From an uncultured Dehalococcoidales bacterium (GTDB taxonomy: Bacteria > Chloroflexota > Dehalococcoidia > Dehalococcoidales > JAUYDJ01), in assembly GCA_964343135.1 (NCBI GenBank), contig CAYFGR010000002.1, positions 1-40,468 of the forward strand: 40,468 nt of DNA. Reading direction: 5' to 3'. Below the pieces are notes generated by a model. The model was not told the origin of the DNA and did not search any database. It saw only the letters and a list, made by a program, of their open reading frames with translations. A program made the translations under genes and the position numbers. Shown in pieces: positions 25,733 through 34,404 of the stretch (its first letter is position 1; each line of letters starts with the position of its first letter).

Positions 25733-27580
25733 ATGACACATTATTTCTGTAGCTTGTCGTTTAGACTCCTGTTATCAAAACTTAAAGGTATTAATGTCCG
25801 TCTCTTTAAGTCAAATACCTCAGTTCCCCTGTTTATCCCCGTGTTAAGAAAGATTCCCCCTATTAAAACCAAGCTGGATAATATTGCTCAAGAGCCGGAT
25901 GTACATATCGGGGACTATAAAGGTCTTAATTATCGACTGAACAACGAGGCTCTGGAATGTACCGATTTTATCTATGAGAAATTAGGCTTGGAGGATTGCC
26001 ATTTCATTAAGATATACAATGAAAGATTTAAAACCAATAAACTTAAACCATTTGTTTTAAAATGGATTTCTATGTATGTCTTTGAGCTGTTAATTTGTCT
26101 TTACCGGATTCATCTTGATAGCCCCTCATTAAAGTTATTATATCTGGACGATAACTCCCTCAATCGGCATATTTATGAATGGTGGTACTGGAAAACGGGG
26201 GATATTATACAAATACAATGGCTGAAACAGAGTGATCTGAGAATTGGCTTGGCGACCTTAGCACTTAGTGCGTTGACATTTGTTTTTAGACCATTCTTCC
26301 GCGGGTTGTGCCTGCCGGCTAAACCCAAAAAATTCAAAATAATGAAGGAAGCAACGTGGGGACTGCAAAATCCCGTCTTTCGTGACGACTTTTTTATCGA
26401 CGGTGAAAAGCTGCTTAAACAAGATTTGTTGCTTTACACTTACGGTTCCCGTCATGAAGGTCGCACGTTTGCTTATAAGGATGCTCAAAATAGCGGTTAT
26501 CAATGTATCAACCGAACTAACCTTAAAATTCCCTTGAACCTTCTGTGCCAACGTTTATTTAAGTATCACTTCCTGTTACCGGTGGTCCTTATTCTTAAAA
26601 ATATTAAAAATAAGCGAAATTATCTCCTGAGAGAGTGGCTCACCGCGTTCCACGGAGCGGCCGTCAATTATGAGATCTTGCTGTCCCACTATCAAATCGG
26701 CCTTGATTTGAGTGTCAACGAGGCAAGCTTATCTCATATTCCGGAAACGATACTACTGAATAACTACGGCGCCAAGAGTGTTATTTTCCACTGGTCAGAT
26801 CTGCTCACTTATTATCATAGTGATGACGATTTGAAATCTTTTAATGTGTATTTGATATGGGGGAAGGCGCACTCTCACGGTAAACGATATTTTGTTGACA
26901 GCATGGTAGAAACCGGGTGCTGGCTGAAACACAACTTTGGCGAGTTCACCAGGAATAAAAAGAGGATTTATGAAAACTTGGGGTTACCCGTTAATTCCCC
27001 TAAGGTATTATTAGCCTTCTACGATACTACAATTGACCCTGATTTCCATTTTACTGAAGACGTATTACTGGATTTCTGGCAGCTAATGTTTGAAATTGTG
27101 GACGGAAACAAGAATGTCATTGGGATAATGAAACCTAAAGTGGCGGACAGAGTAAAGCACTTAAAGTTGTCGGATAAGGGTGATGAAATCTATAATAAGA
27201 TTAGGCAAAGGTGTTTGGAAAACGGACGGGTCTATTTTATAGATAACCCGAGTGAATTCGCGGTAACTGAAGTTATTGCGATATCAGACATAAATATAAC
27301 TATGGGAATGGGGAGTCCATCTACTATCGCTTTGTTATGCGGGAAAATTGGGCTATACTATGATACCACCGGAAGTGACTACCACCCGTTCACCCGGAGA
27401 TATAGAAAAAAACTGGTATTTGATAATAAAGGGGATTTGTTCTCTGTGGTCAGGAATATCACTGATGGCGCCTATAATCCTCTACCTGAGATTGACGAAG
27501 AACTATTAAGAGGATTCGACCAATTTCGGGATGATAAGGGCTTGGAAAGATTTAAACAGGCGCTGCTGGATAATCTATAG
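25733..27580 (+). CDS. 615-aa orphan protein, AT-rich; the C-terminal half is vaguely GT-B/capsule-transferase-like (function unknown)
   Basis: This is a long uninterrupted ORF in the most AT-rich part of the window. I recognise no motif with confidence. Segments such as VIFHWSDLLTYYHSDDD, VLLAFYDTT and SDINITMGMGSPSTIALLCGKIGLYYD are reminiscent of Rossmann-type sugar/phosphosugar transferases. No clear RBS precedes the ATG. Confidence 0.6.
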   Translation: MTHYFCSLSFRLLLSKLKGINVRLFKSNTSVPLFIPVLRKIPPIKTKLDNIAQEPDVHIGDYKGLNYRLNNEALECTDFIYEKLGLEDCHFIKIYNERFKTNKLKPFVLKWISMYVFELLICLYRIHLDSPSLKLLYLDDNSLNRHIYEWWYWKTGDIIQIQWLKQSDLRIGLATLALSALTFVFRPFFRGLCLPAKPKKFKIMKEATWGLQNPVFRDDFFIDGEKLLKQDLLLYTYGSRHEGRTFAYKDAQNSGYQCINRTNLKIPLNLLCQRLFKYHFLLPVVLILKNIKNKRNYLLREWLTAFHGAAVNYEILLSHYQIGLDLSVNEASLSHIPETILLNNYGAKSVIFHWSDLLTYYHSDDDLKSFNVYLIWGKAHSHGKRYFVDSMVETGCWLKHNFGEFTRNKKRIYENLGLPVNSPKVLLAFYDTTIDPDFHFTEDVLLDFWQLMFEIVDGNKNVIGIMKPKVADRVKHLKLSDKGDEIYNKIRQRCLENGRVYFIDNPSEFAVTEVIAISDINITMGMGSPSTIALLCGKIGLYYDTTGSDYHPFTRRYRKKLVFDNKGDLFSVVRNITDGAYNPLPEIDEELLRGFDQFRDDKGLERFKQALLDNL

Positions 27581-27615
27581 GTGCTGGCTTTTTCTACCAC
27601 TGAATCGGGTGCGAG

Positions 27616-28605
27616 ATGAAAATAAATGCAGGAATAATTGGATTCGGCAATATCGGTTTCATCTTTGATGAGGACCCAAAGCGGAAACAGGTCTCATCTC
27701 ATGCCGGTGCTTACCTGGCTTCTCCCAACGTAGAAATTGTGGCCGGAGCCGACTCTGACGCAACCAAGCTGAGCCGGTTTTCCAGGAGGTGTCCCCGGGC
27801 TGGGATATACCGGGATTACGGGGAAATGCTGAATGATAATAGGCTGGATATCGTGAGCATCTGCTCTCCAACCGCTTCACATTTTGAAATACTATCCCGG
27901 GTGGTAGATTCCGATGTACGGGCGATATTTTGTGAAAAACCACTGGCTTCACGAATTGAAGATGCTCGGCAAATGGTAGATATCTGCCAGGCGAAAAGTA
28001 TTATTCTGGCAGTTAACCACACCCGGCGATGGGATCAAAGGTACCGCCATGTAAAAGAATATATCGACCAGGGAAAAATCGGTGAGATAAGAAGCATCAG
28101 TGGCAACTATTCCGACAAGGTGTTTATGATAGGCACGCACCTTATAGATATGCTGAGGTATTATGCAGGAGATGTGGACTGGGTTGCTGGCGAGGGGGAA
28201 AATCCGGAATCTGACGACCCGGCGATATCCGGACTTATATTTTTCCGGAACGGGGCTAGGGGATTCATAACATGTAACGGTAAGAGAGAGAATCTCATCT
28301 TTGAAATCGATGTATTAGGCTCAGAGGGAAGAATCCGAATTGTAGATAATGGTTATCTTACCGAATTCTTTCGTTTCAATGAAAGTGACAGGTATTCCGG
28401 TTACCATGAATTGAAAAGACAGGCTGTGCCCGAAGTAAATGTGGTCCAGAATCCACTGGTTGTTGCCATTGAAAACATAATCGAGTGCCTTCAGGAAGAC
28501 GGCGAGCCAGCCTGTACCGGAGAAGATGGTTTGAAGTCCCTGGAGATAGCCGTGGCTCTTTGCGCGTCGGCAAGAAATAACAGTGAAAAGATAAAATTAT
28601 ACTAA
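27616..28605 (+). CDS. Gfo/Idh/MocA-family NAD(P)-dependent sugar oxidoreductase
   Basis: It has the N-terminal Rossmann MKINAGIIGFGNIG, the CEKPLA (EKP) motif, and AVNHTRRWD. Confidence 0.85.
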   Translation: MKINAGIIGFGNIGFIFDEDPKRKQVSSHAGAYLASPNVEIVAGADSDATKLSRFSRRCPRAGIYRDYGEMLNDNRLDIVSICSPTASHFEILSRVVDSDVRAIFCEKPLASRIEDARQMVDICQAKSIILAVNHTRRWDQRYRHVKEYIDQGKIGEIRSISGNYSDKVFMIGTHLIDMLRYYAGDVDWVAGEGENPESDDPAISGLIFFRNGARGFITCNGKRENLIFEIDVLGSEGRIRIVDNGYLTEFFRFNESDRYSGYHELKRQAVPEVNVVQNPLVVAIENIIECLQEDGEPACTGEDGLKSLEIAVALCASARNNSEKIKLY

Positions 28606-28654
28606 TGAACCCGGGGTATCAGATTACCGGTGTAATCGAGGAGATAGGGAATAA

Positions 28655-30016
28655 ATGGAAAAGTTAGCGCTGCTCGGGGGTAATCCGGTCAGGAAAGATC
28701 CATTTAGGAGTACCGTGGTCATTGATGAAGATGAAATATCTGCCGTTATGGATGTTTTAAAAGCGAAGGAGCTTTCCCGATTTATTGGCAGTTCATCACC
28801 GGACATAGAAGAGCAACTGGTTATGAATAGTGCCCAGGCTCTAAATTATGGCGGTCAGGGCTTTTCGTTCCTCGGGGGTAGAAAAGTAAGACAATTCGAG
28901 GCTGAGTTTGCCCAGTGCTTTGGTGTAAAATATGCCATCACCGTAAATTCAGCAACGTCCGGACTGTCTTTAGCTTTAGCCGCGGCTGGAGTCGGTCCGG
29001 GAGATGATGTGATTACAACGTGCCTGTCATTTAACGCTACCGGCACAAGCATATTACTTTTTAACTCTATCCCTTTGTTTGTGGATATAAGCGAGGAAAA
29101 TTTTTGCTTAAATCCACAAGAAGTCAGGAAGGCGATAACTCCCCAGACAAGAGCGGTTTTAGCTGTCCACCTTCTGGGTAATGCCGCGGATATGGATGCC
29201 ATCATGAATATCGCTCGAGAACATAATCTTGTCGTAATCGAAGATTGTGCCCAGGCGGCGGGGACCAGGCATGGCGGTCAATATGTGGGGACGATTGGGG
29301 ATATCGGTGTTTTTAGTTCACAGGAGCCTAAGCATATATCGACGGGAGAGGGAGGCATTGTCATCACGAACAATCCGCAATATGCCCGGAGATGCCGGCT
29401 TATCCGAAATCATGGTGAATCTATTCCCGATGACAGTACTCCTGTGGAGGATTTAGTCAACATTGTGGGCTGTAATTTCCGGATGACCGAGCTTACCGCG
29501 GCTGTTGGGAACGCTCAGTTAAAGAAGCTTTTCGAAAATAACCGGGTCAGAAGCGAAAATGCCAGATTCCTTGCCCGGGAACTCAATATATTCGAGGGTA
29601 TTGAAATACCCCCGGTAGTGTACAATGAGGAGTACGTAGTCCATGTACTCTCTATCCTGTATCATTCGGGCAAGGTTGGGGTATCCAGAGAGACATTTGT
29701 GAAAGCTTTGCGGGCAGAAGGAATCCCAGTTGGTACGGGATACGCCAGAATCATGCCGGATAATCCGCTATTTCTAAAAAAGATAGCCTACGGCAAGCAA
29801 CAATGTCCCTTCTCATGCCCGTATTACGGACGGGATGTGGATTACGCCGGTGGGCGGTACCCGGTTGCCCGGGATTTTATTAATAATAAGCAGATTTCCT
29901 TTCAGCTCATAAGCCGGCCGAATACTCTGGATGACATGAAAGATGTCGTAAAAGCATTTGAGAAGATTTACGCAAATCTGGAGCAACTGAAATCAGCGGA
30001 AGGTGAAAAATCTTAA
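28655..30016 (+). CDS. DegT/DnrJ/EryC1/StrS-family PLP sugar aminotransferase (long 453-aa form)
   Basis: Motifs are AITVNSATSGLSLALAAAGVGPGDDVIT, the IEDCAQAAG motif, and SSQEPKHISTGEGG with the catalytic Lys. It has N- and C-terminal extensions relative to the 380-aa paralog at 38669. Confidence 0.85.
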   Translation: MEKLALLGGNPVRKDPFRSTVVIDEDEISAVMDVLKAKELSRFIGSSSPDIEEQLVMNSAQALNYGGQGFSFLGGRKVRQFEAEFAQCFGVKYAITVNSATSGLSLALAAAGVGPGDDVITTCLSFNATGTSILLFNSIPLFVDISEENFCLNPQEVRKAITPQTRAVLAVHLLGNAADMDAIMNIAREHNLVVIEDCAQAAGTRHGGQYVGTIGDIGVFSSQEPKHISTGEGGIVITNNPQYARRCRLIRNHGESIPDDSTPVEDLVNIVGCNFRMTELTAAVGNAQLKKLFENNRVRSENARFLARELNIFEGIEIPPVVYNEEYVVHVLSILYHSGKVGVSRETFVKALRAEGIPVGTGYARIMPDNPLFLKKIAYGKQQCPFSCPYYGRDVDYAGGRYPVARDFINNKQISFQLISRPNTLDDMKDVVKAFEKIYANLEQLKSAEGEKS

Positions 30017-30027
30017 CTAGCGCCTAA

Positions 30028-30903
30028 ATGATGAATTTGCTTATGTCTGATATGCAAAAATATATGACATTGACCGATTGTCCTTACTGCCATACTACCC
30101 CGGCAACTGAGATGGCTAAGAGTCCGCGAGTGGTAAGATGTAATACCTGTGGTCTCTGGAGATTTTCACCTCGTATGAATAAAGAAGGACAGGTTGCCTA
30201 TCTTGAGAAATTCAATGATGGAATTGAAACGGCAAATCAGGAGAATCCTTTAAACTACTGGGAGGGTAATCTCGACGAGGTTCAGGAATTAAAGCGGAAT
30301 TTCCGTGAGATGGTTTCAGACGGTACAATCCTGGATGTTGGCACCGGTGAGGGGGCATTTCTAGCTACTCTCCAAAATGCCGGCGCTTTCCGGGCAATCG
30401 GGCTTGAGCCCCTGGAAAAATTGGCGCAATGCGGTAAAAGCGCCGGGTTAGATATTCATGTCGGCAGATTTGAATCCGATGGCATGCCACCGGCGTTAAT
30501 GGGAACAGTATTCGATATCGTCTGCTTTCGAGAAAGCGTTTATTACCTGCCGGATTTAAGGCAAGCTTTCAACTTGTTGCGTCGTATCCTGCGTCCGGGT
30601 GGTGGTTTATATCTCCATTGTCATGTTCCCACCAGTATTTATTACTGGAAAAACCGGAACTATTTATCCCGGTATGGACCAAACGTATCCGGAATGCCCA
30701 CCGTTAAAGCGCTTACCAATATCCTGATTAAGGAAGGTTATGAAATCCTTAAGGCAGGTTATCTCCGGCGCAACGTTTTACATACCCTTGGCTTGCCATT
30801 TGCCAATCTTCGTGTCGGGGGAATAATAGACAGCGCTTTATGGCCAGTAGTGCACCGCCTGGGGAAGGCTGACCGAGCCGTTATTTTTGCCAGGAGATTA
30901 TGA
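30028..30903 (+). CDS. Class I SAM-dependent methyltransferase with N-terminal zinc ribbon
   Basis: The N-terminal Zn ribbon is CPYCHT...CNTCGLW. SAM motif I is ILDVGTGEGAF. LRPGGGLYL is also present. Confidence 0.8.
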   Translation: MMNLLMSDMQKYMTLTDCPYCHTTPATEMAKSPRVVRCNTCGLWRFSPRMNKEGQVAYLEKFNDGIETANQENPLNYWEGNLDEVQELKRNFREMVSDGTILDVGTGEGAFLATLQNAGAFRAIGLEPLEKLAQCGKSAGLDIHVGRFESDGMPPALMGTVFDIVCFRESVYYLPDLRQAFNLLRRILRPGGGLYLHCHVPTSIYYWKNRNYLSRYGPNVSGMPTVKALTNILIKEGYEILKAGYLRRNVLHTLGLPFANLRVGGIIDSALWPVVHRLGKADRAVIFARRL

Positions 30904-30961
30904 AATGCGTCATGCTTCACAAATAAAATAGTAAATTTTCATATTTAGGCAGGGACAAAAA

Positions 30962-31672
30962 ATGAACGTAGTTGGTGTCATCCATGCCCGGGGTGGTTCC
31001 GTCAGGGTTCCTTTAAAGAATATTAAAGAGTTAGCCGGGAAACCGCTGATAGCTTATATTATCCAGGCGGCATTAGCCGCCGGGACTATAAATCGAGCTA
31101 TCGTCTCCAGCGACCACCCTGAGATAATAAAGATATCTAAAATGTATGGCGCTGAGGTTCCCTTTGTCCGACCTAAAGATATTTCCGAAGACGTTCCTTC
31201 TGAGCTTGTTACTCAGCACGCGGTCAATTATCTGGAGAAGGAAGAGGGCTACCATGTTGACATTGTGGTTACTCTTCAACCAACCACGCCTTTCTGTCTA
31301 CCGGAGGATATCGATGGGTGCGTCCACGAACTGATGGCTTCAGATGCGGATTCAGTAATCAGCGTTTGTAATATTTCGGAGAGACCGGAATGGATGTTTT
31401 ACACGGATGAATCGGGCTATGCGCATAATTTTCTTGAGAAAAAGATTGAGGGGGATACGGGAATATCTCAGAAACTGCCCCGTCTCTATATTCCCAATGG
31501 TGGTATCTACGCTACTAAGCGGGATGTCTTGTTTAACCAGGGTGTTATAATTGGTAGGAAGACCCGGCTATGGGTTTTGCCGCGAGAACGCTCTGTAGAT
31601 ATTGATGAACCCCTCGATTTTTTGCTTGCCGAGTTCCTGATTAACCGGGGATTTAAGGCGACAACAGAGTAA
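30962..31672 (+). CDS. neuA: Acylneuraminate cytidylyltransferase-family CMP-nonulosonate synthetase
   Basis: IHARGGSVRVPLKNIKELAGKPLIAYII, LQPTTPF and IPNGGIYA fit the family. The symbol is family-level only (could be LegF/PseF). Confidence 0.85.
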   Translation: MNVVGVIHARGGSVRVPLKNIKELAGKPLIAYIIQAALAAGTINRAIVSSDHPEIIKISKMYGAEVPFVRPKDISEDVPSELVTQHAVNYLEKEEGYHVDIVVTLQPTTPFCLPEDIDGCVHELMASDADSVISVCNISERPEWMFYTDESGYAHNFLEKKIEGDTGISQKLPRLYIPNGGIYATKRDVLFNQGVIIGRKTRLWVLPRERSVDIDEPLDFLLAEFLINRGFKATTE

Positions 31673-31715
31673 GAAATATAAAAACAGGGTCAAAGTAATC
31701 TGGAGGTAGTAACTA

Positions 31716-31904
31716 ATGTCACAGTATTTAAAGGGAAATTACAGACTCCCGAAGAAAGTGAATCCTGGGGTTAATAAGAATCAGCCGACCACAGCGGAGA
31801 AATTTGAGCAAGAAACTCTGACTAAGCTGGGGGGTAGTATTGCCTTTGTCATGAAACCCAAGACCTTTGTCTGGGACGGCGAGGAGAATGAAAAGACTGT
31901 CTAA
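31716..31904 (+). CDS. 62-aa hypothetical protein
   Basis: An excellent RBS (GGAGG) lies 9 nt before the ATG. The sequence is MSQYLKGNYRLPKKVNPGVNKNQPTTAEKFEQETLTKLGGSIAFVMKPKTFVWDGEENEKTV. The 3' end overlaps the next gene by 17 nt. No recognisable family. Confidence 0.4.
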   Translation: MSQYLKGNYRLPKKVNPGVNKNQPTTAEKFEQETLTKLGGSIAFVMKPKTFVWDGEENEKTV

Positions 31905-32892
31905 GACTCAACTCGAAATTATTGCCCGGCAAACACTGGAGAAGACGGCTGAAATAGGTTGGGAGAACGCTCAGAAAAACCGGTCTTATATCAGGAAAAC
32001 AATCCTTGATCTGCCCCGGGAGGCGCCTACCCGTGATGCTGACTCTGCCGTCATTGTTTCGGCAGGGCCCAGCTTGCACCGGCGTCATCCCGCGCCAGCT
32101 ATTGTAGCTTCGAAATTCAAGGGGCCAATTATCGCGGCGGATGGTGCGTTAGGTTACTGCCTTCGTAACGGTCTTGTCCCCGGTTATGTGGTTACGGTTG
32201 ACCCTCATCCAACGCGTATCATTCGATGGTTCGGTGACCCCGCCCTTGCCCAGCGAGAGCCTGACGACTACTTTCAGCACCAAGATTTAGACCCGGCTCT
32301 GACCCGGCAAGAAAAAGCCCGTAATGAGGAACTTCTCGACCTGGTAAATCGGTATGGCAAAAGTATTAAGGTAATTATTTCCACCAGTGTCGACCTGGAA
32401 CTGACCCTCCGGTGCCTGGAAGCCGGTATGGAGCTATATTGGTGGAATCCCCTCTACGATGACTACGATAGTCCCAACAGTTACTCGCGTCGGGTCTACC
32501 AGCTTACCAGGGTGCCCTGTATGGTGACCGGGGGGAACTGTGGGACCTCGGCGTGGGTTTTTGCTCATGCGGTTCTCCACAGCAAACGAACGGCTCTGCT
32601 CGGTATGGACTTGAGTTATCATCCGGACACACTGGTTCAAAATACCCAATATTACAGACAGCTGGTAGAACTCTTTGGTGACCGGGCTGACGAGGCTTTT
32701 ATCCGGGTCTACAACCCTTACCTTAAGGAAACGTGGTATACCGACCCTACCTACTACTGGTATCGGCAGGGCCTGCTTGAATTGGCGAGGCAAGCTGATT
32801 GCGAGACCTATAATTGTACCGAAGGGGGGATTGTTTTCGGGAAGGGAATTAAATTCATCCCCTTCAAAGATTTTCTGGAAAGATTTAGTTAA
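31888..32892 (+). CDS. DUF115 (Maf / MptE-like) protein, candidate nonulosonic-acid transferase
   Basis: SAVIVSAGPSL....PIIAADGALGYCLRNGLVPGYVVTVDPH is the hallmark of the DUF115/MAF_flag10 fold. I chose the ATG at 31888; the track TTG at 31867 is also possible. Confidence 0.7.
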   Translation: MKRLSKTQLEIIARQTLEKTAEIGWENAQKNRSYIRKTILDLPREAPTRDADSAVIVSAGPSLHRRHPAPAIVASKFKGPIIAADGALGYCLRNGLVPGYVVTVDPHPTRIIRWFGDPALAQREPDDYFQHQDLDPALTRQEKARNEELLDLVNRYGKSIKVIISTSVDLELTLRCLEAGMELYWWNPLYDDYDSPNSYSRRVYQLTRVPCMVTGGNCGTSAWVFAHAVLHSKRTALLGMDLSYHPDTLVQNTQYYRQLVELFGDRADEAFIRVYNPYLKETWYTDPTYYWYRQGLLELARQADCETYNCTEGGIVFGKGIKFIPFKDFLERFS

Positions 32893-32907
32893 GGTGGGAG
32901 GCCGCAA

Positions 32908-34404
32908 GTGGCAAAAGTGCTCTTCATTAACCCGGTTCTCCGTCAGGAAGACGCACCACGGCATGTTCCTTACGGCATGGCATTACTGGTCGCGCTTGTG
33001 CGGGAAGCAGGGCATAAGGTCCAGGTTTTTGATGCTAACGCCTGGCGACCCACCGACCAGGTACTTAGTGAAGTGTTGGGTGCTGATGCGTGGGACGTAA
33101 TTGCCACCGGTGGGCTTATTACGAGCTACGGGTATATAAAAAAGGTAGTCAAAAGTGCCCGTAATATATGTCCTGAATCACTCATCGTAGCCGGCGGGGG
33201 CTTCCTCACTGCCATTCCCCATGACATTATGGAGCTTCTGCCTGAAATTGATATCGGTGTGGTCGGAGAGGGCCTGTTAACCTTCCCCGAGATACTTAAG
33301 ATGGCGACTAGTAAAGACGGTGACTGGTCCAACGTGCCGGGGATCATCTGGAGAAATAAGGGAGGACGCTCTCACCTTAATCCGGCGAGGCCTCTCATGG
33401 AGGACCTTGACTCTCTGCCTTACCCCGCCTGGGAAGCCTTCCCCCTGCATATCTACTTTCGTAACAGCTCCCTTTTGATGAGTGAAGAAGCGATGCTGGC
33501 CAGGCGGAGGCTCGACATTATCACGAGCTATGGATGTCCGTTTGGATGCCGTTTTTGTTTCCACCTGGGCCTTAGCGGTGAACTCGAAACTTCAGATACT
33601 CCGGCACGGCGGGAGGTTATCTTCACTCGCAAACGGAATATCCGGTGGCACAGCCCGAAATATGTTGTCGGCCTGATTAAATATGCGCGCCAATGGTTTA
33701 AGGTCGACTTTATCTCGTTTCTTGATGAGAACTTCATTTGTTTGAATAAATACACTCACGGGCAGTGGATACTTGAATTTCACGATCTTTGGATTAAAGC
33801 TGGCTTACAGCCTCAGTGCACTCGTGAAGGTCGACCACACGATGCCAAATACTGCCACGGCGTTCACTGGGGTACTTCCGCCCATGCGGCTCTGGTCGAT
33901 GCTCCAACGTTAAATAAAATGCGAGAGGTAGGCTGTTCTTACCTTGATTACGGGTTAGAGTCCTTCTCCGACCGGATTCTGAAATCAATAGCCAAAGGCT
34001 CAACCAGTAAACTGAATGAGAGGGCAATCAGGCTCACACTGGAAGCGGGCATTAGACCGATTCCTAATCAGATTATTGGCTCTCCGGAAGAAGACTTCGA
34101 CAGTATTAAAGCTAATGTCCTGGCTTGGGAGCGGCTCGGGATTCAGACTTATCCCTTTTTGGCCACCCCCTATCCCGGCTCGGAATGGTACTTTAAGTAT
34201 AAAAAGCAGATTTTAAGGCAATACGACGGCAACCTGGACGCATTTCTTCTGGACCTGGGTGATGCCACCAAACTGACGGCGGTAATATCCAAGAATTTCA
34301 ATGCCGTTGAGCTTTTGGGACTTCGGGAACTAATGGTGAACCGTGACCTGAAGCGTATTAACGAGTATGAACAAATATGGCAAAAATCACGAGGGTCGCT
34401 GTGA
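32908..34404 (+). CDS. B12-binding-domain radical SAM enzyme (class B-like)
   Basis: The N-terminal cobalamin-binding-type Rossmann is KVLFINPV...GMALLVALVREAGHKVQVFD...IATGG. The CX3CX2C motif SYGCPFGCRFC lies at 33535..33558. It uses a GTG start 6 nt after GGTGGGAGG. Confidence 0.85.
   Translation: MAKVLFINPVLRQEDAPRHVPYGMALLVALVREAGHKVQVFDANAWRPTDQVLSEVLGADAWDVIATGGLITSYGYIKKVVKSARNICPESLIVAGGGFLTAIPHDIMELLPEIDIGVVGEGLLTFPEILKMATSKDGDWSNVPGIIWRNKGGRSHLNPARPLMEDLDSLPYPAWEAFPLHIYFRNSSLLMSEEAMLARRRLDIITSYGCPFGCRFCFHLGLSGELETSDTPARREVIFTRKRNIRWHSPKYVVGLIKYARQWFKVDFISFLDENFICLNKYTHGQWILEFHDLWIKAGLQPQCTREGRPHDAKYCHGVHWGTSAHAALVDAPTLNKMREVGCSYLDYGLESFSDRILKSIAKGSTSKLNERAIRLTLEAGIRPIPNQIIGSPEEDFDSIKANVLAWERLGIQTYPFLATPYPGSEWYFKYKKQILRQYDGNLDAFLLDLGDATKLTAVISKNFNAVELLGLRELMVNRDLKRINEYEQIWQKSRGSL

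Noticed and set aside
32434-32964. 176-aa minus-strand ORF (similarly 34170..34643, 34964..35437, 36397..36762, 39673..40026 and the + ORF 32675..33100)
   Set aside because: These are shadow or off-frame ORFs inside strongly supported island genes.
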